In this document: piece by piece, positions 25,246-38,041 of the stretch
Numbering within the stretch: position 1 is the stretch's first letter
Layout: each line of letters starts with the position of its first letter
Origin: Vitrella brassicaformis CCMP3155
Taxonomy: Eukaryota; Protista; Chromerida
DNA length: 64,000 nucleotides
Direction: 5' to 3'
Assembly (NCBI GenBank): GCA_001179505.1
Contig: CDMY01000218.1
Location: 100,985-164,984 of the forward strand
The notes under the pieces: generated by a model
What the model was told of the DNA's origin: nothing
Database searches by the model: none
The model's input: only the letters and a program-made list of their open reading frames with translations
Position numbers and translations under genes: made by a program

Positions 25246-28108
25246 ATGATCTTGCTGACGACGTTGATCAGCGTCATGATGGTCTTCATCTGCCTGACAG
25301 CATCCCCGGTGGCTCATGCAGCATCCACTGCACCCATCCTGCAGCCGCCGGCATTCCTCACGCCATTGCACCCCGCCGGCTCGTCGCAGTCATCGTTAAG
25401 ACGGCTGCGACGAAACAGATCTGTGCCGCTGCCGTCTATTGCGATGACGAGCAGTGTCAAGGAGGCTGGGAAGGATGCCCACGAGGCTATTGTGGCTGAC
25501 CGGGACCGCCAGGCTCACTCGATGGGGGAGCACATGCGGCGCTTTCGAATATGGAAGTTCACCAGAACCAAACAGGTCAGCCACACACAAACAGGCAGGC
25601 AGGCAGACAGACAGGTAGCACATCGATGCCCATGTTTCCCTCTCTCTCTGCGTGGTTAGGTGGCCACCCTGGGTCCGGCCACGGACACCTTTGACACGAT
25701 TGAGGCGCTCTTTTTGAACGGCGCTGACGTGTTTCGTTTGAACTTCTCCCACGGCACACACGAGGAGAAGGCCGAGTTCGTCCGCATCATCCGCGAGATC
25801 GAGAAGAAGTGGAACCACCCAATCGCCATTCTCGCCGACCTGCAGGTGGGTGAGCAGCGGCCACACACAGCAACTGTGAGCACGTGTACCTGGGTCGTGT
25901 TGTGTGTTGAAACAGGGCCCCAAGCTGCGTATAGGGCTGTTTGACAAGGACCCGATACTCGTGGACGGCCAGCACTTCCGCTTCGACCTGCAGGACGACA
26001 TTGGCGACGCCGCGAGGGTCAAGCTGCCGCACCCCGAGATCCTCGAGACACTCAGGGTGGGCGACGTGCTGCTCGTCGACGATGGAAAACTCAGAATGAA
26101 GGTCACAGACAGCCAAGCCATGAAGGCGTCCATCTTTGCAGACACATGGGGAAACGAATGGATGCGTGTGTGGGGGGTCCAGGTGCGTGAGGCCGGCGGC
26201 ACGTATGTGTCTTGCACTGTGGAGGTCGGGGGCAAGATATCGTCTAGGAAGGGCGTCAACACGCCCACTGTCGTGCTGCCCATCAGCGCCATGTCTGACA
26301 AAGACAGAAAGGACGCCGTCTTCGCCAAGTCATTGGTCAGTGGTGGGGTGCACGAGCCAGCCCACATTTGTCCATCTCTATGTGTGTGTGTGTGTGTGTG
26401 TGTGTAGGGTGTCGATTGGATAGCGCTTTCATTTGTTCAGCGGCCCGAAGACATCGCAGAGCTGAGACAGCTGGTCAGGCAGGGAGAGAGTATACCCCAC
26501 ATCTGGGTATGTGCATGGTGTGTGTATACTGTCAGGTTGATGGTGACGTCAAGCTGATAGCCAAAGTGGAGAAGCCGTCGGCCGTCGAAAAGATCGAAGA
26601 CATCGTCAAAGTAACAACCAACACACACAAATCCCCCACACACAGATCATGAAGCATGAGTGTGTGCTGTGTGTGTGTGTCTGTCAGATAAGTGACGGCA
26701 TCATGGTGGCCCGCGGCGATTTGGGTGTTGAGATGATGCCCGAGGATGTGCCCATCATACAGAAACAAATCATCGACAGATGCCGACGGGTAGGTAGAGC
26801 CAGCCAGCCATACTACCAACCACCCACACGCGGATGTGCTCTGGCATGGGCGTGTGTGTGTGTGGTGGTTGCAGGAGGGACGACCGGTGATAGTTGCGAC
26901 ACAGATGCTCGAGTCAATGATCGACAGCCCCACACCCACACGAGCGGTGGGTGCACTACACACACAACACACTGTATGTCACATCAGCTGACACGGGTGT
27001 GTGGGTGTGGGTGTGTGCGTGTGTGTTCAGGAGGCGTCTGATGTGGCGACGGCGATATACGACGGCGCCGATGCGGTGATGCTGAGCGGCGAGACGGCGG
27101 TGGGCAAATACGCCACTGAGACCGTCAACATGCAGCAGAGAATCATCGAACGGTAACCGCACAGACACAGCCACACAGAGGAAACACACGCTTGCTCATG
27201 TGTGTTATATATACATCAGTGTGGAGGGCGACCCTCTGTATCGCAAGCGCATCGACGCGCAGGTCTACGACCCGGCCCGCACAGCGACCGACGCCATCAC
27301 CGTCGCTGCCAGACAGGTCAGCAAGCCGCACAACACCCACCTTGGCTGCTGTGACCCCTCTCTCTCTCCCTCTCTCTGTGTGTGTCTTCCTGCAGGTGGC
27401 CGACTTGACGCGTGCTAAGGCGATAGTTGTCTTCACATTGGGCGGCACGACGGTGATCCGTTCGTCCAAGGGCCGCCCACACATACCCGTCATAGCCGTC
27501 ACACCCAAAGTCAAGACGGCTCGCACACTGCAGCTCTACTGGGGCGTTTACCCCATCGTCGGTGCGTCTGTCTGCACGGGCATTGCCTTCATGTGTGTGT
27601 GTGTGGATGGATGGTGTGTCGCCTGTGTGGTTGTTTGTCTTTCTCCTGTCAGAGGAGGACACAGACACGTTGGAGCAGTCGATTGACCACATGTTTGAGA
27701 AGGGGTGTGAGGTGGCCAGACAGGAGGGCATCTGCCAGTCCCCTGACGACCTGCTCGTCATCACCGCTGGTAAATCCACACACACACGGGCCGCCAGCAA
27801 CGCACAAACACTTCTCCTTCCTGGACGTGTGTGCACAGGTCTGCCCTTCGGCACACCTGGCGCCACCAACATCCTCCGGTACCCATCGCACAGCACAGCA
27901 CAGCACAGCCTGGAATGCAACATCAGATAGAGATGGCATGGCTGTGTTGGTGTTGGTGTGTCGCATGGCATGCAGTGTGTGCCAAGCGGCGGGTCCCAAC
28001 GTGTGGGATGTGGACAGCGAGCAGGCCCACGCCGGGCCGCCACAGCAGCTCCGCATCGAACCCTTGATGGAAGACAGCAGCGAACCAGACGGGACGGCAT
28101 TCTACTGA
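25246..28108 (+). CDS. PYK: Pyruvate kinase with signal peptide plus transit peptide (plastid/PyKII type)
   Basis: Leader [25 protein letters not shown] followed by a Ser/Arg-rich stretch. Catalytic motifs [86 protein letters not shown]. Confidence 0.96.
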
Positions 28109-29140
28109 ACGACCTGGCTGCTGTGTTGGGGACGGGATGGGGCGGGTTGAGGCAGCAGGGAGGCAGATGTGACGCAAAGGTGTGTGGGGTCATCACCTAC
28201 TGGTGAGTTTTGACACCTGGCCCACTCGACACACAAGACAGGATGGGAGGGAGGGAGGGAGGGAGGGAGGGAGGGGAAAGCCACCCAGCCGTGTATTTAT
28301 CAGACCTATCGCTCGGAAACAAAGAGGGAGAAGGCATTGGTGGTGGTATGTACCCACCCGGTCACGTTTTGGCTTGCTTCTGGAGGCAGGCAGGCAGGCA
28401 GGGAGGGTGCATCCATACGTACATACGTACATGTGCTGTGTGCATGTCATGTACGTGTACATGTGCGTATGTATACATTTGAGGTGAGGGGGGGATCGAG
28501 GGTACATGTACATGTACATGTACGCGTGTGAACCGTACATCGACCCATACAGACAAACAGACAGACGTTGACCAAGGCCTAGAGGCAGGGACATCGATGG
28601 CTCTCTCCGTGACTGACTGATCGACCCGATCCCGTTCCCTCTGTTTTCTTTATCACCATTGGTAGGGTTGGCCCATTGCTGGCTTGCTTGCTTGCACTGA
28701 GTGAAGGGCTTGTACATAGATAGATAGGCTGTTCGTGGTCCCTGGTATGGTATGTGGCTCGAGAACCCTTCGAGCCATGCATGCATGTTTGATGACGCTG
28801 AGTGACAATTTTGCGAACCTGATAGATAGATACACGCATCCCTCTCTCTCTCTCTCGGCCTGCATGTCTGATAGATGGTGGACATTTGTTCCTCTGCTCG
28901 ATCGACCACCATTGTGGGTCACACAAGACTACTGATTGAAGAATGCAATTGATGCGCAGATTGATCACTGAGGTATTCGATAAACATCACAGACACGCAT
29001 GCGTGCCGTCAAAGCTAAACCTCACAGTGAGTGAGTGAGTGAGTGACACACAAAGCCCGACCCCGGCCAACTCTCTCCCTGAAAACAGAGACACCCAAAC
29101 GGCTCAAAACGCCAGCTACCCTACACGCCTCTTCTCTGAT

Positions 29141-30328
29141 TCACTCGTCCTCTTCCTCGTCGTCCTTGTCGGCCTTCTTCTTCCTCTTCTTCTTCTCCTT
29201 GGGCGGCTCAGGCTGCTTCTCGAGCGAGAGGATGAAGCTCCACTCATCCGCCGACACGGGCGACACCGACAGGCGAGCCCTGTGCGCAGGGCAAGGGAGA
29301 GGAGGAAGCAGGGCACACCACACAAACAAACATTGCAGATGGGTGGATACTCACTGGCTGGTTGCTGAGGCGCTCACAGACTTACCGTGTGAAGAGGTGC
29401 ATGTCCTTGAGCTCCTTCTCTTTGTAGCGCTTCAACTCCTGACACACACGCAGAGGCAGCTCAGCTAGGTGTCCTGACAGTTGTCACCGTCTCCTGCCTG
29501 CCCGCATTGCCGTCCGTATACTTCGAGTGAAATCATGCGCTCCAGCTCACGCTCAAACTGCTCAGACAGACAACACGTACACAGAAAACCTGTTACCTGT
29601 CTGTGTGTCTGTGTGACGCTCACCTTGACATCGACCATGTCCCACCGCGGGTCCTCCTTCTTGCTCTTGGCGTCGTAATGGGGGTTCTGCGCATGGGATG
29701 GGTGCGTGCAGTCGTATGCGCGTGAATGAATGGGTGAGGTCAGGCCACCTTCTCGTCGAACTGTGTGTGGTCGGGGTACGCCTCACGGACAATCGTCGCG
29801 ATACCGACGATACCTACACAACACACACACACACACACACAAAGGGATAGGCCGGGCCCCCTGGACCAGCCGCCAGCGTACCTGGCACCTTGCAGTTTGA
29901 GTGATAGAAGAAGGCTTTGTCGCCGACCTTCATCCCTCGCATAACATTCCGCGCCTGGAAGTTGCGCACGCCATCCCTGAGCAAGCATTTGCTGATAGAC
30001 ACTTGACCCTCCCTCCCCTCCCTCCCTCTCGGCTGCTGCTGACCACTCGGCCGTTTGGTCGGGGGACTCCTTCAGGTCGTCGATAGAGAACTTCATGTCC
30101 ATGCCCTTCTCCATGCCTGCAATGCATGCGCCACACATACACAGACGCAGAAGAGAAGACGCCGATGTCACTGCATGACGTGTGAATGAATGAATGATTG
30201 GCTGGCTTACGAGAATCAGGTTCAGACTTCATGAGAAAGTACCGCGGTCCGTCCGCGGCAGCTGCAGATGAGGAGCACTCGCCTGCCTGGCCCTCTGCAG
30301 CCTCATCCCGCTTCCTCTTGGCTGGCAT
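29141..30328 (-). CDS. THYN1: EVE-domain protein, THYN1 orthologue
   Basis: YFLMKSEPDSR, KFSIDDL, WDGVRNFQARNVMRGMKVGDKAFFYHSNCKVPGIVGIATIVREAYPDHTQFD, YDAKSKKEDPRWDMVDV, RLSVSPVSADEWSFILSLE. Confidence 0.93.
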
Positions 30329-30599
30329 CAGGTGCACCCTCCGAGCCCTCGGCAGGCGATGCTGGCTGCTGACAGTGCCGTCGAGCGGAGATCTGTCGAT
30401 GAAGGAAAGAGATGCCACAGAGTTACGCCCCAAAAAGGCGGCGAAGATAAGGGTGAGCGCCACGTTTCAGCTCGCGATCATTCTGGGGCCGGTTCGGGGG
30501 GGGCGTCATTGGTCCCTTCGGTACCGAGAGCGGCCAATCTACGGCATCCTTGTCCTCATTGACGGAATGGCGCTCTTCCCCACCTGAAGGAGCCGTGTG

Positions 30600-33500
30600 A
30601 TGATGGCGCTGAGGGCCCTCTTCCGCCGTCATCCAATTTGGGCCCTGGCGGCTGTGTGGCTTGCCGCCAACTTGGTGCCCATGGCATTCTCGAAAGGGAA
30701 GGGGGGAAAGGGAGCGACCACAACCACAACCACAACCACAACCACAACCACAACCACGACCACTACGACGCCTGCGCCGACCGGAACCAACCACTACGGC
30801 ACGCCAGGTAAGCACCAGGCTGAGTAATGGATAGATGACACATATGTGCGCATATGTGCGCATTGTATGCAGCCGCCGGTGACTGGGTTCACCGGCCCCA
30901 CTCATGCTCTTATTACTACAGTACGCACACACGGCCCGACGGACAAACACAGGCATCTATAATGATTCTGTTCGTTGCATATGTTGTGGTCCAAATGTGT
31001 TGGTGTCCTTGTTCTCCGCACTCAGTCGACACGACGGTTACGGAGAACTACGTGAGCTCGCTTGCTCACTCAGAGAGGACACTGGACGCACTGCAGCCCC
31101 ATTGCACTCATGCGCTGTGGTGATGTCTTGTGAATTAAGGAGGACCTGAGGTACTCCTGCCAGCAGGCCAAACCGGAGTGGGACGGTTCGCTCGTGGTCA
31201 TCGACGATGGCTATGAGAGCCAGTGGCTGGCGGACCACCTGCGGGCCGAAGGCGACGAGGACAAAAGAATGTGGGTCCGATACACGCGGGTAAAAGATAT
31301 TGTGTGTCCACACAAACAAGATGTCTCTCATAAGCCTATCTGTTCACATGTCATGACATCGAATGCAGAAAGGTCCTGATCCCGGTGAGGTACCCAAAAA
31401 CATGCCTGATATCGGGGGCTCATCGGCGGAGCGGGGTGGGTGGGAGCCCAACGAAACAGCATTCTGGGGCTGGGACGCCCCGAGCACTGGCCTGTGGGAC
31501 GTCTCGTGGGACGTGTCTTATCCCTGGGACAATTTTGATGGCGACGGGGCCCTTGCTATCGTCAAGGGGCCTGAGTATGAGGTCCCGGTAAGTATGCAAA
31601 ACGATCTTCAAGAGACGGGCATGTGCACATATACTGGACTGGGTATGGGTGCTCCACATATGTCGATCAGTGGCACCTGGTACTACAGACTAAGGACAGG
31701 ACCCAAACCTACCGGGCAATGGTATATGGCAGCCAGACAGGCAGGGGCAGGCGAATTCGCCCTGTTCTCTCGATTGTTGAGCACTTCCCCTCTTTTCTTT
31801 CCGTCATGCTATGTATGTATCCTGTCAGTGTGAGAAGCACGAGCCCAGCTGCGGTGCGTGACCATGGCCAACCAACCACACTGGACCACAGCCAAAACAA
31901 AGAGATCATTTTGCAAGTCTCGTGTTTATTTGTGCAGTGGAGCCCCCATCGGTGCAAGTGCTGATGCCATCTGTCTTCCCCGAGGATGCTGAAGCCAACT
32001 ATTTCGAGGTCACCATCCGGTTTTCAGAGGACATTTCTGGTCTGGCCTTCAACAACTTCACCAACCTGACGAGCTGGCAGACACTCGGCGGCGTCAACGG
32101 AGTTATCGCATTTGTTTCACAGCCAACCAACAGAGAGATTGTCGAGTGGATATGGCCCATACAGAAGGGACGCGTGACGATTCAGGTGCCGGAGAATGTA
32201 TTCTCACGTAACTACGGAAATTTGGACCACAACAACCCGTCGAATATCCTAACAGTGTACCATGGTGCGCTAGACGAAGTAATGTGAGACATGAATCAAT
32301 CTGTGTTTGTGTCCTGTGCACGTCGTCAGGCTGCGGGATGCTGTGGGGGAAAGGTTTAAGTCATACCGCAATTGACAATACAGACGCTTACTCCTGGTGG
32401 CACTGTGGCCGCCTTTGTTATGAGACCCCTAGCTGCAGATCGTTCAGCTTCGACGCCCGGAATGGCCAGGTGGGTGGCGGACCGGTCCCAGCTCCCTGTC
32501 GCCTCTATGATCAAGCCGAGCTCAGTGGCTCAGTAAACCCCGCTCAGGTCAGCTCCGCGAGAGCCTGCGCCGTGAATGAGGGTAAGATAATTCCATCGAT
32601 CTCGTCCCATCCCATTGTCCCCTTCCGTGCTTGAAGATGTGGAGGCACCTGAGGTGATGATAGTGCGCGGCGTTGACGCGAACGGGGGCCCCTTACCCGG
32701 CGGGAGCATCCCCCACTTCTACAACAATCCGAACTACATCCACCTATTTGCTGGTATGTGACAAAGAATGGAACACAACAGGACAGAATCTGACCCCAGT
32801 CAGCATCCATCACATCAAATGCATCACCAGAGTTTCACTTCACCGAGCCAGTGAATCACGTTGACCCCTCTGATCTGGATATCCAGTGCACCAACTGCGC
32901 TTTCGACGGGGGCATTGGCTGGGTCAAGGTCGGGCCTGTGGACAAGGAGAACGTCACATGGCCATTGTGGAGCGATCAATGGCGAGTGGAGGTATGTAGG
33001 GAGGTAGGTCGGTCGGTCGGTCAGTGCGTTGGTGGGGAGGTGGACTCTCTCATGTCTCTGTCCTTCAGATCCATCTGGATGAATTGCCACCCGGGTTCAC
33101 CACCGGCAAGGTCGTGATTGGACTCGATCCTTCCCACGATGTGGCGGATTTTTCCGGCAACCTTGTCAGCAATACTCCTGCGACACTAGAATTTGTCATT
33201 CAACCCGCAGGTCACACTCATACACACACGCACGTCACCCACCCAGTATACAGAAAATCATCATTCATCCTGTTGTTTCTCGCTGCAGATACTACAACAA
33301 TAGGGCCCCCAACATCTCCCGTCAGCCCACCAGGTAAGCGTCAATCACAGCCACCAACCAGATATGCCTCCTTCTACTTGTGTCAAGATGAGCCTACCCC
33401 TACAAACGGGCCACCAGACCGCCGAATGGACCGCCAGATGGGGGCACAGGGGGGACGTCTCCGCCTCTCCAGCCAAACATACCATTTGACCAGGTAGAGA

Positions 33501-34485
33501 TTTCATCTGGCGGCTCGGATGATGGCGATCCAGCAGAAGGATGTGAGATTTCTGGCACACGAGGTATAAATGCAGACATGTGCCTTTCAACTGCCTTCTT
33601 GTGACTGATGCCTTTTTGCTTGCAGATGTCCGTTTGGCCTGTGCGGCATCACAGAGAAGAAAGTTCATCACTCTCGTGGAAGGCAGCTATATAGCTATTG
33701 TCGAGGGCTCGACACACGATGACACTCTGCGGGGCAACAGCCAATCCAACACCCTCATCGGTGGCGACGGCGCAGACATACTCGATGGCCGTGGCGGCAG
33801 CGATGAGCTGGTGGGGGGCGGCGGAGCCGATACCTCTATCATCGGTTTAGAAGAGGGAGACGTGACGATACAAGACTTCGATACTGGCACCGTTCACGAT
33901 CAGCTCAACCTCGCCAGCTTCCCCTCAATCACGAGCATGAGCGATCTTCGAGAGAGAATGACCAGCGGCAGCGTCATCATTGACATTGACAGAACCCACA
34001 GAGTGCGCATCCTCTATCGCACGCCGCAAGAAATGTTGAATCCCAAGTATTTCCTGCTTTGGACTCCTGAAGGAGACGATGCAAGCGATGAAGCAGGCGA
34101 CGACGAATGCGGCTGGTTTTCTTACGCGAAGCCCGAGTGTGTGGACACAATCCTTAGCATCGTCGGGGGTATTGTTTTTGTGGCTGGTCTTTTTCTGGGG
34201 GCATGGCAATTCCTCGTCAAATGCGTCTGGAAGAGCTCGGCTCCCGCAGAGACAGAAGAAGAGCAAGTCAAGGTCGAGGCGAGAAAGCGCTCGATCTCTG
34301 ACACACGCGACTCACGTGCCAGAAGCTCCCTCGCGACCAAGTCCGAGCGGAAGGTAGACAGAGATGTAACGGACATCGCCCGGGAGGAGCAGCATGATGT
34401 GGGCCCCTCTCACGTGACGCTGTATGAATCGAAACAAAAGGCCGATTCAAGTACACGAATTCATGTATCTAAGCACGTGTTTTGA
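30600..34485 (+). CDS. Type I membrane mosaic protein: signal peptide, poly-Thr, C-type lectin-like, Ig-like, PAN/Apple, Ig-like, RTX Ca-binding repeats, TM, cytoplasmic tail
   Basis: Signal-like IWALAAVWLAANLVPMAFS. CTLD-like W..SCSYYY..CQQAKPEWDGSLVVIDDGYESQWLADHL..MW..CEK. Ig-like FEVTIRFSEDISG..VTIQVPENVF..GN and FHFTEPVNHVDPSDL..VADFSGN. Six-Cys Apple domain at 32330-32580. Nonapeptides GGDGADILD GRGGSDELV GGGGADTSI. TM ILSIVGGIVFVAGLFLGAWQFLV. Most splice phases checked as consistent; one junction near 31740-31830 unresolved. Confidence 0.8.
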
Positions 34486-34616
34486 CGGATTTTTGTTTGA
34501 GACATTTTTACATGACGATATGTCAATTGCCTCAATCGTCATGTGCAAACAAAGGGATGTCTCTGTGTTGGATTTTAACTGCATTCAACACATTTCGATC
34601 AACAAACCCTGCTCAG

Positions 34617-34936
34617 ATGCTGTGGACATTCCTTAGCTACTGGTGTTCCTCTTCGCTGGCACCGTTGTTTTCGCCATCCATCATTGGTACGTGTCCGGGA
34701 GGGAGGGAGGGAGGGAGGGAGGGAGACGGCTTGAATGGGACTCGTCTCTGTCGTACGTCTTTGTTTGTGTCTGTGTGTGTCAGGTATGAGTGCCGTGTTG
34801 GTGTTGGGCCACGCCATCTTCCACAAGGGCAAATGCGAGGAGGAAGACGAAGAAAGTACGGAACACTAGAACGCAATGCGTTCAGTCTTCCTCTCTGTGT
34901 TCGTTTCTGTGTGTGTGTCCTGCAGCTGGTATCTGA
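34617..34936 (+). CDS. Possible three-exon 50-aa micro-ORF with a hydrophobic segment
   Basis: GT-AG joins give MLWTFLSYWCSSSLAPLFSPSIIGMSAVLVLGHAIFHKGKCEEEDEETGI*. May instead be UTR introns. Confidence 0.3.
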
Positions 34937-35950
34937 GTCACCATGACTTGTGACGGGGGGTGCTTTCAATCCTACCGACCGACATGTGTGGCTGGCTAGC
35001 GTCTCTCTCGTGTGTACAAAAGGCGGCTGCCTTTTTCCCAGCGAGAGAGGAGAGCTGTGTGTCCTTGTACAGTCTAGCAGAGGGTATCCCCCGGAGAAGC
35101 CTCTCCCTTTTTCGGTGTAGTTTTGCTCCTAATGTATCGATCAATGCATTCACTAAGAGATTTCTTCTTGTCTCGTTGGCTGCCGCTGACGCACGGATGT
35201 GACACCTCCGCCTCGCCCTCCATGCCTTGGGGGCGTAGCGAGGGTGTCATGTCCATCGCCAGAGACAGTGACAGACAGGAGATGGAAGGAGAGTCGTGTT
35301 GGTACGTCGTGTGTACATCGGGTGGCATGGGTGAGTATGTCTTGATGACGACGTGAATGTCTGTCCTCCTTCCTTTCCAGCCAACGGGTAGTGCGTGCGA
35401 TGCCTGCCGTCGGCTGTCGCACACAATGCCACGGGCGTCGCAAGCATAAGGGGCAGCCACATGCATGAAGGTCATAAAGTGATCGCTTTCCCACGTCACG
35501 AGAGACCGAGACCTCGACGTGTACGTAATGTCATCGACAGCCCGTCATCCCGCGTGTGTTTTGCGTGTCAGAGGTGGGAGGGACATTTGTCACCCGCCGT
35601 GAACATTGTGTGCGCATTTGAATGGGAGAGTGCTCAAACACATCCAAGCGTGTTGGTGCCTGTGCGATCTTTGAGGCCCCGATCCGCGTCTCCGTCCACC
35701 CAGCTCGCGTCTCTCCCTTCGGTTCCAGTCGAGTTGCGTCAAGTGCCCCGAGCGTCCTCTGTCGCAGCCAATTGGTCGCAGCTTCTTTGAGTCGTTTCGC
35801 TTTCCCCTGAGCCCGCCGCTCCTGCCTGCCCCGGCGCGTCCCCTTGCAGCTGCAAGTCACTCTTCCCCCCTTCTCCTCTCGCCCCCTCGCTGCATCGAGG
35901 GGCCCGGCCGCTCTTGCCTCCAAGTCACTCTCTTCCCCCCTGCCTGGCTG

Positions 35951-36151
35951 ATGGTGCTTGCCGAGCTGGTTGTGGGGGCTGTGTTCTGGTGGGGTCTCGG
36001 AGGGGCGGTGTTTCTGCGTGTCTGGACCGACTCCAAACACGCAGCCCGTCACCGCCGTGAAGCAATGAAGGCCTTGGAGGACCTCATTCAAAAGGTATTG
36101 ACTGAGGGGAGACGAGAGAGGGAGGAAGGAAAGATGGCAAGGAACGGAACA

Positions 36152-36189
<38 letters not shown>

Positions 36190-36973
36190 TGTGTGTCGTC
36201 CGTCGCAGTTCCAAGCCTGTTTAGACGAAGATCTGATGGACGCCGTGACAACATACAAGCAGATGAAGACACTCTTGGTGAGTACAAGACGAAGGCAGGC
36301 AGACAGACCCAGACATGCGAGAATGCCATTCAAGGAGATGGCTGTATGTCTGTGTGCATATCTTTCAGGCCGAGATATGTCAGACTCAAGAAGTTCAAGA
36401 AGGCCGGGGATGGACAGTAGGCACCGCACAGCAAGCATCTGTCTACCGACATCAACCATTGTCCTTCCGGCGTCTCTCCTCTTGTATCCGTGCAGTGGTC
36501 CCCGAAGGATATTGAACGGCTGGCGAAGCTCAAGGACATTGTCACCACAACAATCCCGACACACGTAGATTAACCACAAACGATAATACTCACCGCTCAC
36601 TTCTCGGAAGATTGATGTGAGCGTATGTGCAGGTGAAAATCTTGGAGAGTGTGATGGACCAACACGGCACAAACTCTATTATATCGGCCACCGCGAAGCG
36701 TGACAACACCAAGGCATATCCCTGAGGAAACACACGAGCTGACTGATGGACAAACACGCACATTTGCCAATGTGTCTCTCCGTATGTAGGAGGAGCTGAA
36801 GATCTCAATCACCCTTCGAGACGACAACACACAGCGGAAGACGGTAGGTGGTTATCCTAACCCATCAACGCGCGCGTGTGTGTGTGAATGAATGTTCGCA
36901 GCTGCTTGAGCACCAAGAGACGACCACCACAACGGCACCTAGCGGTAGCTCAGAATCTCTCAACAATGCCTGA
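35951..36973 (+). CDS. Hypothetical protein with N-terminal membrane anchor (multi-exon)
   Basis: MVLAELVVGAVFWWGLGGAVFLRVW..LEDLIQK / FQACLDEDLMDAVTTYKQMKTLL / .. / WSPKDIERLAKLKDIV.. / EELKISITL.. / LLEHQETTTT..NNA*. One donor appears to be GC. Confidence 0.55.
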
Positions 36974-38041
36974 TCGATAGCGCAGAAGTGGGTGTAGATG
37001 TCTCTCTTTGCACCATACTTGATGGATCCACATTATCGTGAATCTCTCTGTATGTGCCTGTAGGTACGCGCTGTGGGTGGCTGGCTGACAAGTCCTCCGT
37101 CTGGCTGCTTTTTTCTACCTGCAATCGCTCACGTCTTTTCTTATCTTCCTGGCTGCCTTTTCCTACCTGCAATGCACGGCACGTGCGTTTGCTCCCTTCC
37201 TTCATTTATGAGTGCCTTCCTGCCTGGTTGGCTGGTGTGGTGCATTCATATCTGACGTGTCGCTTGGCTGGCTGGCCAGCTGAGCGCTTGGGTCTTGCTT
37301 TGAGGGAGTGAGAGGGTGAAGAATGGCCGGCGGGTGGGAGATTATTTCTCGTCCTTAGGCTCTGTCTGTTTCGTCAATCGTGTCTTGCTGCACACGTACG
37401 GGTGCATTGCATCTGTTACGTGCGCCCCTCCCCTCTGAATCCTTCCCTCTCTGGCTTGACCAATCAATTGCATAGTTTCTTGGCAATTGCTTGGTTAGGA
37501 CGTCATGGGATTTGCTGCGTTTTGGGCAGGTGTGCATTGGGTCGTCTCGGATCTCTCTACCCATGGATGCGCCTCATGGCTGCCTTGTCTTGTCCGCGAC
37601 TGACTACCGCACGCACGTGCGTTGGGCTCTTTTTCCGTGTTTGCTAGGGCTATCTGTTGCTCGCATTTCCATGTGCATACCCGAATTAATGGCCGATTCA
37701 ACTAATGGCGCTGCCTTGCTTCCTTTCCGGCCTCTGCCTTGGCTGCAATGCCGCTGCATGCGTGTGGAGCTGACTGTTCGTTTGCACCTGCCAATCAATA
37801 CAGCCATTATCTCCCTCTCTATCCCTCCCCTTGTGTGTGTGCGTGTCTTCTTTCTCGGCCCCGTCGATTGTTGAAGGTGAAGGTCTCGCTGCCTGGTTTG
37901 TATCCTTCATGGATGGATTTACGACTGACTGCCTGTCTGCTGTGTGCTATCACAGCCTTGCGGCAAACTTCCCCCGGCTCTTGCTAGATAGACAAGCCCA
38001 AGCTGCCTCTCCCTCTTTGTCTTTCGGTTTCTCTTTCGTTG

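Noticed and set aside
25246-28108. Plastid-targeted bacterial-type pyruvate kinase as a novelty
   Set aside because: Equivalent organelle-targeted PyKII enzymes are already known from apicomplexans.
33600-34485. Bacterial contamination explaining the RTX segment
   Set aside because: It is joined in phase to upstream exons by a canonical intron and is followed in frame by a eukaryote-style TM and tail.
34938-35499. Possible small minus-strand gene (e.g. NALIDTLGAKLHRKRERLL)
   Set aside because: No start, splice structure or recognisable motif could be established.
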